A stretch of 64,000 nucleotides of DNA from positions 265,987 to 329,986 of the forward strand of contig CAVSQY010000008.1 in the NCBI GenBank assembly GCA_963730285.1, given 5' to 3'. The notes beneath the pieces are model-generated. The model ran no database searches, had not been told where the DNA came from, and saw only the letters and a program-made list of their open reading frames with translations. Below are positions 1 to 10,950 of the stretch, piece after piece. This stretch comes from an uncultured Actinomycetes bacterium (lineage in GTDB: Bacteria > Actinomycetota > Acidimicrobiia > Spongiisociales > ZC4RG35). The position numbers were made by a program, and so were the translations under genes. The first letter of the stretch is position 1. Each line of letters opens with the position of its first letter.

Positions 1-1
1 G

Positions 2-1777
2 CTCGAGGGGGGCGATCCGACCATCGTCGCCAACGCCGAGGGCGGTCGCACCACCCCATCGGTCGTCTCGTTCAAAGACGGCGAGGTCCTGGTCGGAGAG
101 GTCGCCAAGCGCCAAGCCATCACCAACCCCGATCAGACGGTCCGCTCGGTGAAGCGCCACATGGGCACGGACTGGACCATCGAGATCGATGGCAAGAAGC
201 TGACCGCCCAGGAGATCTCGGCGCGGATCTTGATGAAGCTGAAGCGGGACGCGGAGTCCTACCTCGGTGACAAGGTCGTCGACGCGGTCATCACCGTCCC
301 CGCCTACTTCAACGACGCCCAACGCCAGGCGACCAAGGAGGCCGGTGCGATTGCCGGTCTCAACGTGCTCAGAATAATCAATGAGCCCACCGCAGCGTCT
401 CTTGCATACGGTCTCGACAAGGAGACCGACCGGACGATCCTGGTTTTCGACCTCGGTGGCGGTACCTTCGATGTGTCCGTCCTGGAGATCGGCGACGGGG
501 TCTTCGAAGTCAAGTCGACCTCTGGTGACACCCACCTGGGTGGCGACGATTGGGACCAGAAGGTCATCGACTGGCTGGTGGAGGGTTTCAAGAACGACCA
601 CGGGGTCGACCTCTCCCAGGACAAGATGGCCCTCCAGCGTCTCAAGGAGGCCGCGGAGAAGGCGAAGATCGAATTGTCCACCGTGGCGGAGACCGAGGTC
701 AACCTCCCGTTCATCACCGCAACCTCTTCAGGCCCACTCCACCTGCAGCGCAAGCTGACTCGATCGGAGTTCCAGAAGCTCACCGAGGATCTGCTGGAGC
801 GGACACGCCGTCCCTTCGAGCAGGCACTCAAGGACTCGGGCATCCCGGTCAGTGACATCGACCACATAGTGCTCGTAGGCGGATCGACCCGCATGCCGGC
901 GGTGCAGGACCTGGTCAAGGAACTGACCAAGAAGGATCCCCACCGGGGAGTGAATCCCGACGAGGTCGTCGCCGCAGGCGCCGCCATTCAGGCGGGAGTG
1001 CTCAAAGGTGATGTCAAGGACATCCTCCTGCTCGACGTGACTCCTCTCACCCTCGGCATCGAGACCAAGGGTGGCGTCATGACGCGGATGATCGAGCGCA
1101 ACACGACCATCCCGACCAAGCGGTCCGAGACGTTCACCACTGCCGAGAACAATCAGCCCGAGGTCGAGATCCACGTCCTCCAGGGTGAGCGGGCGATGGC
1201 GAATGACAACAAGAGCCTCGGAAAGTTCCGTCTCACCGGGATCCCGCCGGCGCCGATGGGTGTGCCGCAGATCGAAGTCGCATTCGACATCGATGCCAAC
1301 GGGATCGTGAACGTCAACGCCAAAGACCTGGCCACGAGCAAGGAGCAGGCGATGACTATCACCGGAGGCTCCGCCCTGGCACAGGATGACATCGATCGGA
1401 TGGTCAAGGACGCCGAGGCGTACGCCGAGGAGGATGCCCGGAAGAAGGAAGCCGTGGAGACCCGGAATCAGGCCGACCAGCTCGCCCATCAAACCGACAA
1501 GCTGCTTCAGGAGCAGGCGGACAACATGACCGACGAGGAGAAGTCCTCGGTCGAGTCCGAGCTCGCCTCGCTCAATGAGACTTTGGCCGATGAGTCGGCG
1601 GAGACCCAGGAGATCCGGACCCGGATGGACAGCCTGGTACAGGCCAGTCAAGCCATGGCCACCCGTCTCTATGAGCAGGCTTCCCAGCAAGCGGCTCAGG
1701 CGAGTGGAGATTCCGAGTCGGACGACGACGACGACGTGGTCGAAGCCGAGATCGTGGAGGATGAGGACGAGGAATGA
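2..1777 (+). CDS. dnaK: Molecular chaperone DnaK (Hsp70), 5'-truncated by window edge
   Basis: Frame starting at nt 2 reads [24 protein letters not shown]...; full Hsp70 ATPase and substrate-binding domains; acidic C-terminal tail [18 protein letters not shown]; followed by grpE, dnaJ and hspR. Confidence 0.97.
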   Translation, partial: LEGGDPTIVANAEGGRTTPSVVSFKDGEVLVGEVAKRQAITNPDQTVRSVKRHMGTDWTIEIDGKKLTAQEISARILMKLKRDAESYLGDKVVDAVITVPAYFNDAQRQATKEAGAIAGLNVLRIINEPTAASLAYGLDKETDRTILVFDLGGGTFDVSVLEIGDGVFEVKSTSGDTHLGGDDWDQKVIDWLVEGFKNDHGVDLSQDKMALQRLKEAAEKAKIELSTVAETEVNLPFITATSSGPLHLQRKLTRSEFQKLTEDLLERTRRPFEQALKDSGIPVSDIDHIVLVGGSTRMPAVQDLVKELTKKDPHRGVNPDEVVAAGAAIQAGVLKGDVKDILLLDVTPLTLGIETKGGVMTRMIERNTTIPTKRSETFTTAENNQPEVEIHVLQGERAMANDNKSLGKFRLTGIPPAPMGVPQIEVAFDIDANGIVNVNAKDLATSKEQAMTITGGSALAQDDIDRMVKDAEAYAEEDARKKEAVETRNQADQLAHQTDKLLQEQADNMTDEEKSSVESELASLNETLADESAETQEIRTRMDSLVQASQAMATRLYEQASQQAAQASGDSESDDDDDVVEAEIVEDEDEE

Positions 1778-1817
1778 ACCTCGACCTCATCACCCCCACA
1801 CGGAGAGCGACTCGAAG

Positions 1818-2381
1818 ATGACCGACCAGAAGCCTGAGACCGTAGACGCGGAGATAGTCGCCACCGGGATCGACAGTCACGGTGCGAGATTGGAGCTGCC
1901 CGAGGACAAGGACGAGGCGATAAGGCTCTTGCGCTCGGAGTTGGACACGGCCCAGTCCGAGGCGGTCAGCTATCTCGACGACCTTCGCCGCGTCGCTGCC
2001 GATTTCGACAACTACCGGAAGCGCACAACGCGCGAGCAGGCAACCATCACCGATCGCGCCGCCGAGCGGGTCGTGCGTGAGTTGATGCCAGTGCTCGATT
2101 CCTTCGATGCCGCGCTGAACGCCACACCCGCTACAGACGCTGAGCGATCGCTCCTCAGCGGGATGATCAACACCAGGGAGCAACTTCTGAAGGCTCTGGA
2201 GAGCGAGGGCCTGCAGGTGGTCCCGTCGATCGGCGAGTCGTTCGACCCCGAGATCCACGAGCCGGTCGGGGCACCGGCCGGCAAGACCGACCTGGTGGTT
2301 TCCGAGGAGCTTCGACGGGGCTACAAGCTTCGTGATCGGGTGATTCGGCCCGCCATGGTGATGTTGGAAGAGAGACAGTGA
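1818..2381 (+). CDS. grpE: Nucleotide exchange factor GrpE
   Basis: Translation MTDQKPETVDAEIV...; GrpE-like C-terminal region (ELMPVLDSFDAAL, GYKLRDRVIRPAMV); ATG at 1818 with upstream GGAG; the track ORF starts earlier only because the frame is open. Confidence 0.9.
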   Translation: MTDQKPETVDAEIVATGIDSHGARLELPEDKDEAIRLLRSELDTAQSEAVSYLDDLRRVAADFDNYRKRTTREQATITDRAAERVVRELMPVLDSFDAALNATPATDAERSLLSGMINTREQLLKALESEGLQVVPSIGESFDPEIHEPVGAPAGKTDLVVSEELRRGYKLRDRVIRPAMVMLEERQ

Positions 2382-3505
2382 ATCGAGACTGGCTGGACAA
2401 GGACTTCTACAAGATCCTCGGTGTCGGCTCCGACGCCACTCCCGAGGAGATCAAGAAGGCATACCGAAAGCTGGCGCAAATCCATCATCCCGATGCCAAC
2501 CAGGGTGACAAGGCTGCGGAGGAGAAATTCAAGGAGATCTCCGAGGCCTATGCCACCTTGAGCAACGTCGAGCAGCGGAAGGAATACGACCAGGTGCGTC
2601 GCCTGGCCGGATCCGGTGGCTTCGCCGGTCAGGGAGCGCCGGGCGGTGGATTTGGAGGATTCCGAGGCCAGCAAGTGAGGGTCGAGGACCTGTCCGACCT
2701 GCTTGGAGGTCTGGGTGGGATCGGTGACCTGTTCGGATTCGGCTCCGGTGGGCGCACCCAGGCAGCAGCCCGGGGTGCCGACACCCAGGCAGAATTGACC
2801 ATCGGCTTCGACGACTCGGTCAAAGGCCTGACAACCGCGGTGACGGTGCGTGGTGCGACCACATGTAGCCACTGTCACGGGAGTGGAGCGGAGCCGGGCA
2901 CATCCGTCACCACCTGCCCCACCTGCGACGGGCGGGGGATGGTGGCATCCAACCAGGGGTTCTTCTCGTTCTCCCAACCTTGCCCGCAATGTGGAGGCTC
3001 CGGGCGGTTGATCGAGACCCCCTGCAAAGTCTGCCGCGGTAGTGGCTACGAGACCCGCGATCGCCAGATCAAAGTGAGGATCCCTGCAGGTGTTCAGGAC
3101 GGCAATACCCTACGGATAAGAGGCAAGGGAGCCCCGGGCCGCAACAGCGGTCCCCCCGGAGACCTGCTGGTGAAGGTCCGTGTGGCCCCGAGCCGCACTT
3201 TCGGCCGGAAGGGGACCGACCTGACGCTCACCGTGCCTATCACCTACAGCGAGGCGGTCTTGGGCACCAAGCTCGAGGTTCCGACCCTCAATGGGGGCGT
3301 CAAGCTGAAGGTGCCCGCCGGGACCCCGTCCGGGAAGACCTTCCGGGTGCGCGGGAAGGGTGTCACGCCGGATCGCGGCCGTACCGGCGACCTCTTGGTC
3401 ACCGTCCAGGTAGCGGTCCCCTCCAAGGTCTCCAAGGAGGAGCAGCAGCTCCTGGAAAACCTGGCTGAGCTCGAGACCGAGGATGTGAGGTCTCATCTGA
3501 GATGA
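2378..3505 (+). CDS. dnaJ: Co-chaperone DnaJ
   Basis: J-domain with HPD motif ([11 protein letters not shown]), Gly-rich linker, four CxxCxGxG zinc-finger repeats; GTG start overlaps the grpE stop (GTGA). Confidence 0.95.
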   Translation: MNRDWLDKDFYKILGVGSDATPEEIKKAYRKLAQIHHPDANQGDKAAEEKFKEISEAYATLSNVEQRKEYDQVRRLAGSGGFAGQGAPGGGFGGFRGQQVRVEDLSDLLGGLGGIGDLFGFGSGGRTQAAARGADTQAELTIGFDDSVKGLTTAVTVRGATTCSHCHGSGAEPGTSVTTCPTCDGRGMVASNQGFFSFSQPCPQCGGSGRLIETPCKVCRGSGYETRDRQIKVRIPAGVQDGNTLRIRGKGAPGRNSGPPGDLLVKVRVAPSRTFGRKGTDLTLTVPITYSEAVLGTKLEVPTLNGGVKLKVPAGTPSGKTFRVRGKGVTPDRGRTGDLLVTVQVAVPSKVSKEEQQLLENLAELETEDVRSHLR

Positions 3506-3515
3506 TGGTGATGTC

Positions 3516-3911
3516 ATGAGCGATACGAGCCGGGCCGTCTTTGTGATCTCGGTGGCCGCCGAGCTGGCCGGGATGCACCCTCAGACTCTGCGGATATACG
3601 AGCGAAAAGGGTTGTTGGAGCCATTCCGGACCCCAGGTGGCACGCGTCGCTACTCGCAGGAGGACATCGAGCGCCTCCAACTGATACAAGAGTTGACCAG
3701 CCAGGGCCTCAACCTGGAAGGGGTCAGGCGAGTCCTGGCATTACAGGAGGAGAATCGAACGCTGAAGCGGAAGCTGGACAGGCTCCGGGACCGGATGGAA
3801 GACCTCGAGGACCAGATGGAGCAGAGACTTGCCGAGGTGCATCGGTCATATCGACATGAGATCGTGCTCAGATCACAGGTAAACAAGATCTACATGGGGG
3901 ACCCGGACTGA
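3516..3911 (+). CDS. hspR: Heat-shock transcriptional repressor HspR (MerR family)
   Basis: MerR-type HTH ([25 protein letters not shown]...[16 protein letters not shown]), coiled-coil C-terminus; canonical position after dnaJ. Confidence 0.88.
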   Translation: MSDTSRAVFVISVAAELAGMHPQTLRIYERKGLLEPFRTPGGTRRYSQEDIERLQLIQELTSQGLNLEGVRRVLALQEENRTLKRKLDRLRDRMEDLEDQMEQRLAEVHRSYRHEIVLRSQVNKIYMGDPD

Positions 3912-4183
3912 TGGCAGATTCATGGCAAGGCCCGGTGAGGATCCTCGGCGGTGACGGGATCCTGCTGACCACCGGGTCGGCGACCTTGCTGACGGACCCC
4001 GAGATGGGCACCTGGCGAGGAAGCCTCGAGACCTTGCGAGGAACCGCGGTCGCCGGTAAGGCATTGGTCGTCGAGATCGAGATCCCGGGAAATGGAAAGG
4101 GACGCGCCCAGCTCACGCCACACGAGGTCAACGGTGAGAAAGCGGTCGCCCGCCTGGTCGGGCTCGGCCCTCAGCCCTTCTGA
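3911..4183 (+). CDS. Hypothetical 90-aa protein translationally coupled to hspR
   Basis: Start overlaps the hspR stop (TGATG); no recognisable domain ([27 protein letters not shown]...); stop is 1 nt from the stop of the convergent CapA gene. Confidence 0.5.
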   Translation: MADSWQGPVRILGGDGILLTTGSATLLTDPEMGTWRGSLETLRGTAVAGKALVVEIEIPGNGKGRAQLTPHEVNGEKAVARLVGLGPQPF

Positions 4184-4184
4184 C

Positions 4185-5282
4185 TCAGATCAGGCGACCA
4201 CTCTCATAGAGAGTCGAGGGCTGCCGATACTCGGGAACAGGCTCGCCCATTGCGCCGAGAGCACTCATCGTCCGGTGATATGAGTCGGAGCCCGGCTCGG
4301 CCCTTCGCACCTTGAAGGTGCCTCGTTCCACATAGGTGGGCACCGCCTCCACCCCGGTGAACACCCATCGACCGCGCTCAGGCCTGGCGGTGGCGAACAC
4401 GATGACCCCGTCGGAGAGATACGGAGTCTGGCGCTGGCCGGAGAGGAAGTTGCCCAAGCCATAGAGGATGTACTCGGACCCGACCTTCTCGACGGGCCCA
4501 ACCACATGGGAATGATGCCCCACCACCAAGTCGACGTATGGCGAGTCGATCAATTGGTGGGCCATCTCCTCTTGAGCGGGTGTTGGTGTCGAGCGATACT
4601 CGACGCAGCAGTGCATCGATACCACCACGAGGTCCGCTCCGTTCGCCCTTGCGGCAGCGGCAACCCCCAGCACCTCATCGACATCGAGGCTCTGGACCAG
4701 CCAGGGTGAGGCGTCGGGCAGCTGGAGGCCATTGAGCCAATAGGTCGCGGCGATGTGGGCCACCCGAAGCCGCCCCAAGTCGTACACGGTGGCCTTCCAT
4801 CCCGTCGTCGATCCAACGGCGGTGCCGGCATGACCGAGATCGGCGTCTGTCAGGACCTCGATGGTGCCGAGCACACCGTTTTGACCGGCGTCGTAAGCAT
4901 GGTTGGAGGCTGTGGAGCATCCATCGAATCCGGCATATGCCAGGGCGTCGGCAACCTGGCGTGGGGCATTGAATCGCGGATAGCTGGAGAGATGGCTGTC
5001 GTCCGGCGACAGCGGCACCTCGAGATGGCAGATGGCGAGGTCCGCACTGGAGATCAGAGCGCTCATCGGCTGGAGCATCGGTCGAAAGTCGTATGGCTGC
5101 CCGTAGCCGGCCGCCACCCGGCTGAGACCCCCATGGATCAACACGTCTCCGGTGAAGGCCAAGGTCACGCCCGGCTCATCGTCTGCACTCTGTTCACTCG
5201 CACTGTGTTGAGTAACGCTCGGGGCGGCTATTGGGGCGAACGTCAGTGCCGTGATGATGAGGGTCAGGGTGGGGGTCATCAT
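4185..5282 (-). CDS. CapA family protein (PGA_cap metallophosphatase-like, poly-gamma-glutamate capsule synthesis family), secreted or membrane-anchored
   Basis: N-terminal signal or anchor (MMTPTLTLIITALTFAPIAAPS); metallophosphatase-type motifs (VLIHGGL..., VVSMHCCVEY, VVGHHSHVVG, GLGNF); paralog at 17740-18837. Confidence 0.75.
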   Translation of the reverse strand: MMTPTLTLIITALTFAPIAAPSVTQHSASEQSADDEPGVTLAFTGDVLIHGGLSRVAAGYGQPYDFRPMLQPMSALISSADLAICHLEVPLSPDDSHLSSYPRFNAPRQVADALAYAGFDGCSTASNHAYDAGQNGVLGTIEVLTDADLGHAGTAVGSTTGWKATVYDLGRLRVAHIAATYWLNGLQLPDASPWLVQSLDVDEVLGVAAAARANGADLVVVSMHCCVEYRSTPTPAQEEMAHQLIDSPYVDLVVGHHSHVVGPVEKVGSEYILYGLGNFLSGQRQTPYLSDGVIVFATARPERGRWVFTGVEAVPTYVERGTFKVRRAEPGSDSYHRTMSALGAMGEPVPEYRQPSTLYESGRLI

Positions 5283-5400
5283 GCTGTTCTCATTCGCTGA
5301 TGATGCCGGGAGACCGAATCCCGAATTCGGCTTCTCTCAATCATCGGCTTCGGGCCTTTGGTTCTAGAGTCACGCGTCGACGAGCCGATCGGGAGTGCGG

Positions 5401-5754
5401 ATGATCAAGGAATTCAGAGACTTCATCAACCGGGGGAGCCTGATCGACATCGCGGTCGGCTTCGTCATGGGCGTGGCGTTCGCCGCGGTGGTCACCAGCC
5501 TCACCGACGACATCATCAGCCCGATAATCGCCAAGATATTCTCGATTCAGGACCTCAACGCCTGGGTGGTCTCCGACATCCGCATCGGAGCCTTCTTGGC
5601 GGCCCTCATCAACTTCGTGATCGTCGCATTCGTCATGTTCCTGGTGGTCAAGGCGTACAACCGCATGCAAGAGCCGGCCGAGGAGCCCGCACCCGAAAGC
5701 CCCTCAGAGGAGATCATCCTGCTTCGGGACATCAGGGACTCCCTGAGTCGCTGA
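5401..5754 (+). CDS. mscL: Large-conductance mechanosensitive channel MscL
   Basis: MIKEFRDFINRGSLIDIAVGFVMGVAFAAVV...; two TM helices and an acidic C-terminal helix; ATG at 5401 preferred over the upstream GTG. Confidence 0.92.
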   Translation: MIKEFRDFINRGSLIDIAVGFVMGVAFAAVVTSLTDDIISPIIAKIFSIQDLNAWVVSDIRIGAFLAALINFVIVAFVMFLVVKAYNRMQEPAEEPAPESPSEEIILLRDIRDSLSR

Positions 5755-5839
5755 GTCGATCGCGAAAGCCCACACCGGCAAGCCACCAGGGCTCACTTGT
5801 CTCGTTGACTTCCCTGCGCTGCCTGGTAGCCTGTATCAC

Positions 5840-6193
5840 ATGGTACCTAGGAGTACCGGGCAGGATCGAGCGACACAGCTCCTGCACGGTGTTCTCGACA
5901 TGTGTCTCTTGTCGATCATCGATGAGGAGCCGTCGTACGGTTATGAGATGGTCAACAAGCTGAGAGGGCGGGGGCTTCACCTCGCCAGCGAGGGATCGAT
6001 ATATCCCCTCCTCTCCCGGCTTCAGAAGCAGGTCATGATCGAGAGCTATCTGGTGCAGAGCAGTGAGGGCCCGGCCCGGAAGTACTACCGGATGTCGGAA
6101 CGGGGCCGTTCCGCCCTCGAGCAATGGCGGCACGACTGGGTGTCGTTCCGAGATTCGGTGGACGAAGTCCTAAAGGGAGATGACCGTGACTGA
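5840..6193 (+). CDS. PadR family transcriptional regulator
   Basis: Winged-HTH PadR signature (LDMCLLSIIDEEPSYGYEMVNKL...GSIYPLLSRLQKQ...YYRMSERG). Confidence 0.9.
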   Translation: MVPRSTGQDRATQLLHGVLDMCLLSIIDEEPSYGYEMVNKLRGRGLHLASEGSIYPLLSRLQKQVMIESYLVQSSEGPARKYYRMSERGRSALEQWRHDWVSFRDSVDEVLKGDDRD

Positions 6194-6974
6194 CAATCGG
6201 GATGTCGTCGAGCACATCGAGCGCTACTGGCGCGAGACCGGGGTGCCTCGATCGGCGATCGCGGAGATGCGAGCTGAGCTCGATCAACACTTGATCGAGG
6301 CCCAGGGCGACGGTCGCGTTGTCTCAGACGTGGTTGGTGAAGATCCGGCCCAGTTCGCCGAGAGTTGGGCCGCGTCGTTCAGGAATCGTCGTCCCGGCAC
6401 CGCAAGCTGGCAGGAAGTGCAGGCAGGAACGGCAACGGTCAATCGACAAACCAGACGAGAGATGGTCTATTACGGAATCGGGATTGCCGCAGTGATCGCT
6501 GCTGTGGCCGTCGGCGGACAAGGAGGTAGCGACGTGGACAACGAGATTTGGCGCTGGATGTGGACGATCTTCGCCGTGGTGATGGCCATCGGCGAGATAT
6601 TCACCGCGGGCTTCTTCTTGCTCCCATTTGCAATCGGGGCCGGTGCGGCAGCAGTGCTCGCCTGGGCCGGCGCCGGTGTGCTGGCACAGTGGCTGGTGTT
6701 CTTCGGGGTGTCGGTGGTGTCCCTCGCCTATCTGCGTCGCTTCATCACGCGACAGGATGAGGCAGCCCAGCCCAAGGTCGGCGCTAATCGCTGGGTTGGC
6801 GAGATCGGCCAGGTGCTCCAGACGATCGATCCGCACACCGACGGCGGGATGGTCCGCATTCTCCAGGAGGAGTGGAGGGCCATGGCTTCCCAGAAGATCG
6901 AGCAGGGGACCCGTGTCGTGGTTACCGAAGTGCGAGGAACGAGGCTCGTGGTCGAGCCGCTCGAGCAAGTTTGA
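6180..6974 (+). CDS. Fusion protein: HAAS/DUF1700-like helical N-domain, polytopic membrane segment, NfeD-type C-terminal OB-fold domain
   Basis: Overlaps the padR stop by 14 nt. N-terminus (HIERYWRETGVPRSAIAEMRAELDQHLIEAQGDGRVVSDVVGEDPAQFAESW) fits the PadR-associated DUF1700/DUF1048 pattern; aa ~95-195 hydrophobic TM helices; C-terminus (VGEIGQVLQTIDPHTDGGMVRILQEEWRAMASQKIEQGTRVVVTEVRGTRLVVEPL) is an NfeD-short beta-barrel; followed by an SPFH gene. Confidence 0.7.
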   Translation: MTVTDNRDVVEHIERYWRETGVPRSAIAEMRAELDQHLIEAQGDGRVVSDVVGEDPAQFAESWAASFRNRRPGTASWQEVQAGTATVNRQTRREMVYYGIGIAAVIAAVAVGGQGGSDVDNEIWRWMWTIFAVVMAIGEIFTAGFFLLPFAIGAGAAAVLAWAGAGVLAQWLVFFGVSVVSLAYLRRFITRQDEAAQPKVGANRWVGEIGQVLQTIDPHTDGGMVRILQEEWRAMASQKIEQGTRVVVTEVRGTRLVVEPLEQV

Positions 6975-7011
6975 GCAGAGGTAGGAAACAGGAGTAGAGA
7001 AAGGAAAGAAC

Positions 7012-7935
<924 letters not shown>

Positions 7936-7957
7936 CGCTCTCTCCATTCGCGGCTCA

Positions 7958-7986
7958 AGAGGACCGGTCCAATGGGCCGGTCCTCT
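7958..7986. terminator. Bidirectional hairpin terminator between convergent SPFH and DAHP-synthase genes
   Basis: AGAGGACCGG-tccaatggg-CCGGTCCTCT, perfect 10-bp GC-rich stem; overlaps the aroG stop by 1 nt; no clear U-tract. Confidence 0.5.
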
Positions 7987-9008
7987 CACATGGTCAGCAA
8001 CGACCGACCCAGGGCATCGGCTATCCGACCGACCGTCTCCATCGTGGACGTGAACCCTTCGAGGGTGAGGCTCTGAGGGCCGTCGCTCAGCGCCTCGTCC
8101 GGTCTGTGGTGCACCTCTATCAGCAAGCCGTCCGCGCCCGCCGCCACGCCGGCCGCCGCCAGACTGGGCACAAGCGACCGCTTCCCGGCGGCGTGGCTCG
8201 GGTCGACGATCACCGGCAGATGTGATCTCTCCTTGAGCACCGGGACTGCACTGATGTCGAGGGTGCCACGGGTGGCCGTCTCGAAGGAGCGAATCCCGCG
8301 CTCACACAGAACGACTCTCGGGTTGCCCGCCGCGACTATGTACTCGGCCGCCAGGAGCATCTCTTCGATGGTCGACATCAGGCCTCGCTTCAAGAGGACC
8401 GGTTGTGGTTGCTCCCCTACTGCGGAAAGGAGGCGGAAATTCTGCATGTTCCTGCTTCCCACCTGGAGCATGTCCACGTGTTTGTTCATCAAGGGTATGT
8501 CCTCGGGGGCAACGACCTCGGAGACCACTCCCAACCCGGTCTCTTCCCGAGCCATGGCCAGGAGCTCGAGACCCTCCTCGCCCAATCCCTGGAAGCTGTA
8601 GGGAGAGGTCCGTGGCTTGAAGGCTCCGCCTCGCAGCAAGACGGCTCCCTCCTTGCTGACGTGGCGAGCGATCGTGAGAAGCTGATCCTCTGACTCGACG
8701 GAGCAGGGACCGGCGATCACCGCCACGCCTGTACCACCGATGGTGACAGAGCCGACCCTCACCGTGCTGGGATGGGTCCGAGCCTCTCGGGCCACGAACG
8801 GGTAGCGCGGCGCATCGAGACTGACCGACTCGACACCCGGCAAAGCACGAATCACCTCGGCGATCCCGGGCTCAGGATCACCGATGATGCTCACCAGGGT
8901 GGTCGCACCCGCTTCACCGACATGGGCCCGGAGGCCGTGGGCCTCAATGAATCTGAGAATGGCCGCTTTCTCGGCCAGGGTGCACTGACCCGAGAGCGTG
9001 GCGATCAC
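7986..9008 (-). CDS. aroG: 3-deoxy-7-phosphoheptulonate (DAHP) synthase, type Ibeta, with N-terminal ferredoxin-like/ACT regulatory domain
   Basis: C-terminal (beta/alpha)8 KDO8PS-like core (GPCSVES, LRGGAFKPRTSPYSFQGLG, KRG, VDPSHA) after a ~75-aa regulatory domain; GTG start overlaps the trpA stop (GTGA). Confidence 0.85.
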   Translation of the reverse strand: MIATLSGQCTLAEKAAILRFIEAHGLRAHVGEAGATTLVSIIGDPEPGIAEVIRALPGVESVSLDAPRYPFVAREARTHPSTVRVGSVTIGGTGVAVIAGPCSVESEDQLLTIARHVSKEGAVLLRGGAFKPRTSPYSFQGLGEEGLELLAMAREETGLGVVSEVVAPEDIPLMNKHVDMLQVGSRNMQNFRLLSAVGEQPQPVLLKRGLMSTIEEMLLAAEYIVAAGNPRVVLCERGIRSFETATRGTLDISAVPVLKERSHLPVIVDPSHAAGKRSLVPSLAAAGVAAGADGLLIEVHHRPDEALSDGPQSLTLEGFTSTMETVGRIADALGRSLLTM

Positions 9009-9775
9009 GTTTTCAACTCTTCAACGAAACGCACGGGGTCGTCTCCAGCGGCAAGCACCTCGACGAGGGCGCTTCCCACGATGACACCGTCGCAGTGGGG
9101 TGCCAGGGATCGAACCTGCTCGCGGGTTCTCACACCGAACCCGGCCAGCACCGGGGCCCGGGACTCGGCGCGCACGTTCTCCAGGTAGGCAGCCACCGTA
9201 TCACCGGTCCCCACGCTACCGCCGGTGGTGCCGGTCATGGTCACCGCGTAAGTAAATCCCCGGGAAGCCTTTCCGAGGTTGCGCAAACGTTGCGGATCGG
9301 TGACCGGGCTCACCAATTGAACCAGTCCGATGCCCACCTCGGCGGCAGCGGAGGACAACTCATCGGACTCTTCGAGGGGTAGGTCGGGAACCACCAGGGC
9401 GGCGACCCCGGCCGCGGCCAGTCTGGGAAGGAGCCTCGAATAGCCGTAGGCGAGCAAAGGGTTGAGGTAACTCATGATCACCAACTCGGCAGCCAACGGT
9501 CCGGCGGATTCGATCTCGGCCAGGATCGAGTCCAGCGACGCACCCTGCTCCAGGGCGACTCGGCTCGACTCTTGGATAGTGGCACCGTCCGCCATCGGGT
9601 CAGAGAACGGGATGCCCACCTCGATCGCCGCAGAATCATGGGCAAGGGCCCCAAGGGCCTCCCCGAATCGGCCCATGGTCGGGAAGCCGCCGGTGAGATA
9701 GGGCACCACCATCCCCGACCCGTCCCGCAAACGCTCTTCCAAGGCGTCGGCCCGAGAGAAAGCGAGTGAGCTCAT
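9005..9775 (-). CDS. trpA: Tryptophan synthase alpha subunit
   Basis: MSSLAFSRADALEERLRDGSGMVVPYLTGGFP... TrpA fold; start ATG overlaps the trpB stop (ATGA); the longer track ORF is read-through in the trpB region. Confidence 0.9.
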   Translation of the reverse strand: MSSLAFSRADALEERLRDGSGMVVPYLTGGFPTMGRFGEALGALAHDSAAIEVGIPFSDPMADGATIQESSRVALEQGASLDSILAEIESAGPLAAELVIMSYLNPLLAYGYSRLLPRLAAAGVAALVVPDLPLEESDELSSAAAEVGIGLVQLVSPVTDPQRLRNLGKASRGFTYAVTMTGTTGGSVGTGDTVAAYLENVRAESRAPVLAGFGVRTREQVRSLAPHCDGVIVGSALVEVLAAGDDPVRFVEELKT

Positions 9776-10950
9776 CTGGCCAGGTCCCGCAGGATATCGA
9801 TGTCTTTGTCGCCACGACCCGACAGACCCACCAACACCGTCGACCCGGGGTTCTTCTCCAACCAACGGCGCGCTCCGACCAAAGCATGACTCGACTCGAG
9901 AGCGGGCAAGATCCCCTCGAGACGGCCCAGGTCGTACAGGGCGGAGAGTGCCTCGTCGTCAGTAGCGCTCTCATACACCGCTCTACCCGACTCGGCCAGC
10001 CAAGAGTGCTCCGGTCCGACTCCGGGATAGTCCAAACCGGCCGAGACCGAATGTGTCTCCTGGACCTGACCGTCCAAGTCCTGGAGGAGATATGAGTAGC
10101 TCCCGTGGAGCACCCCAGGGCTGCCCCGTCCGATGGTCGCCGCGTTCTCCCCCAACTTCATCGACTTCCCACCGGCCTCGATCCCCACGAGAGCGACCGG
10201 GTCGTCGAGCAGGGGGTGGAAGAGACCTATGGCGTTCGACCCGCCACCGACACAGGCGATGGCCACATCAGGCAGTCGCCCCGCCGCCTCGATGATCTGA
10301 GAGCGCGCTTCTCTCCCGATGACCGACTGGAGCTGGCGCACCAGCCACGGGTAGGGGTGAGGCCCGACGGCGGACCCGAGCAGGTAGTAGGTGGTCTCGG
10401 GCCTGGCCACCCAGTCGCGCATCGCCTCGTTGATGGCGGCGCGGAGAGTGGCGTCCCCGGTCGAGACGGGCTCGACCTTTGCGCCTAGAAGCCGCATCCG
10501 CTCGACATTCGGCGCTTGGCGCTCGATGTCCACCGTCCCCATGTAGACGGTGCAATCCAGGCCGACTCGTGCGCAGGCCGCCGCGGAAGCCACACCGTGT
10601 TGGCCGGCACCGGTCTCGGCAATGACACGCTCTGCTCCCATCTCGTTGGCCAACATGGCCTGACCGACTGCGTTGTTGATCTTGTGAGCCCCCGTGTGGG
10701 CCAGGTCCTCGCGTTTCAGCCAGATGTCGCCTCCCCATTCCCGGCTCAGGCGAACGGCATGGGTGAGGGCGGTGGGCCGGCCCACCCAAGTGGCGAGCTC
10801 GGCCTCGAACCGCTCGATGAATCCCGGATCGGCCATGAGTCTCGTCGCCGCCTCATCGAGCCTCTCCAGTGCGGGCACGAGAATCTCGGGGGCGTAACGG
10901 CCCCCGAACTCCCCGTATCGGCCCCTCGAGTCGGGGAGGGTCGTAGTCAT
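9772..10950 (-). CDS. trpB: Tryptophan synthase beta subunit
   Basis: PLP-dependent TrpB motifs (GRPTAL, LKREDLAHTGAHKINN, GGGSNAIG); ATGA overlaps on both sides. Confidence 0.95.
   Translation of the reverse strand: MTTTLPDSRGRYGEFGGRYAPEILVPALERLDEAATRLMADPGFIERFEAELATWVGRPTALTHAVRLSREWGGDIWLKREDLAHTGAHKINNAVGQAMLANEMGAERVIAETGAGQHGVASAAACARVGLDCTVYMGTVDIERQAPNVERMRLLGAKVEPVSTGDATLRAAINEAMRDWVARPETTYYLLGSAVGPHPYPWLVRQLQSVIGREARSQIIEAAGRLPDVAIACVGGGSNAIGLFHPLLDDPVALVGIEAGGKSMKLGENAATIGRGSPGVLHGSYSYLLQDLDGQVQETHSVSAGLDYPGVGPEHSWLAESGRAVYESATDDEALSALYDLGRLEGILPALESSHALVGARRWLEKNPGSTVLVGLSGRGDKDIDILRDLAR

Noticed and set aside
304-1690. Long antisense or alternate-frame ORFs inside dnaK (304-987 minus, 728-1690 minus, 381-758 plus)
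   Set aside because: They lie wholly within a well-supported gene. Their Arg/Gly/Pro-rich compositions are typical of open non-coding frames in high-GC DNA.
5283-5400. Imperfect hairpin GAGACCGAAT-cccga-ATTCGGCTTCTC between the CapA start and mscL start
   Set aside because: Both flanking genes start here (divergent promoters), so it is not a terminator. It could be an operator, but there is no supporting evidence.
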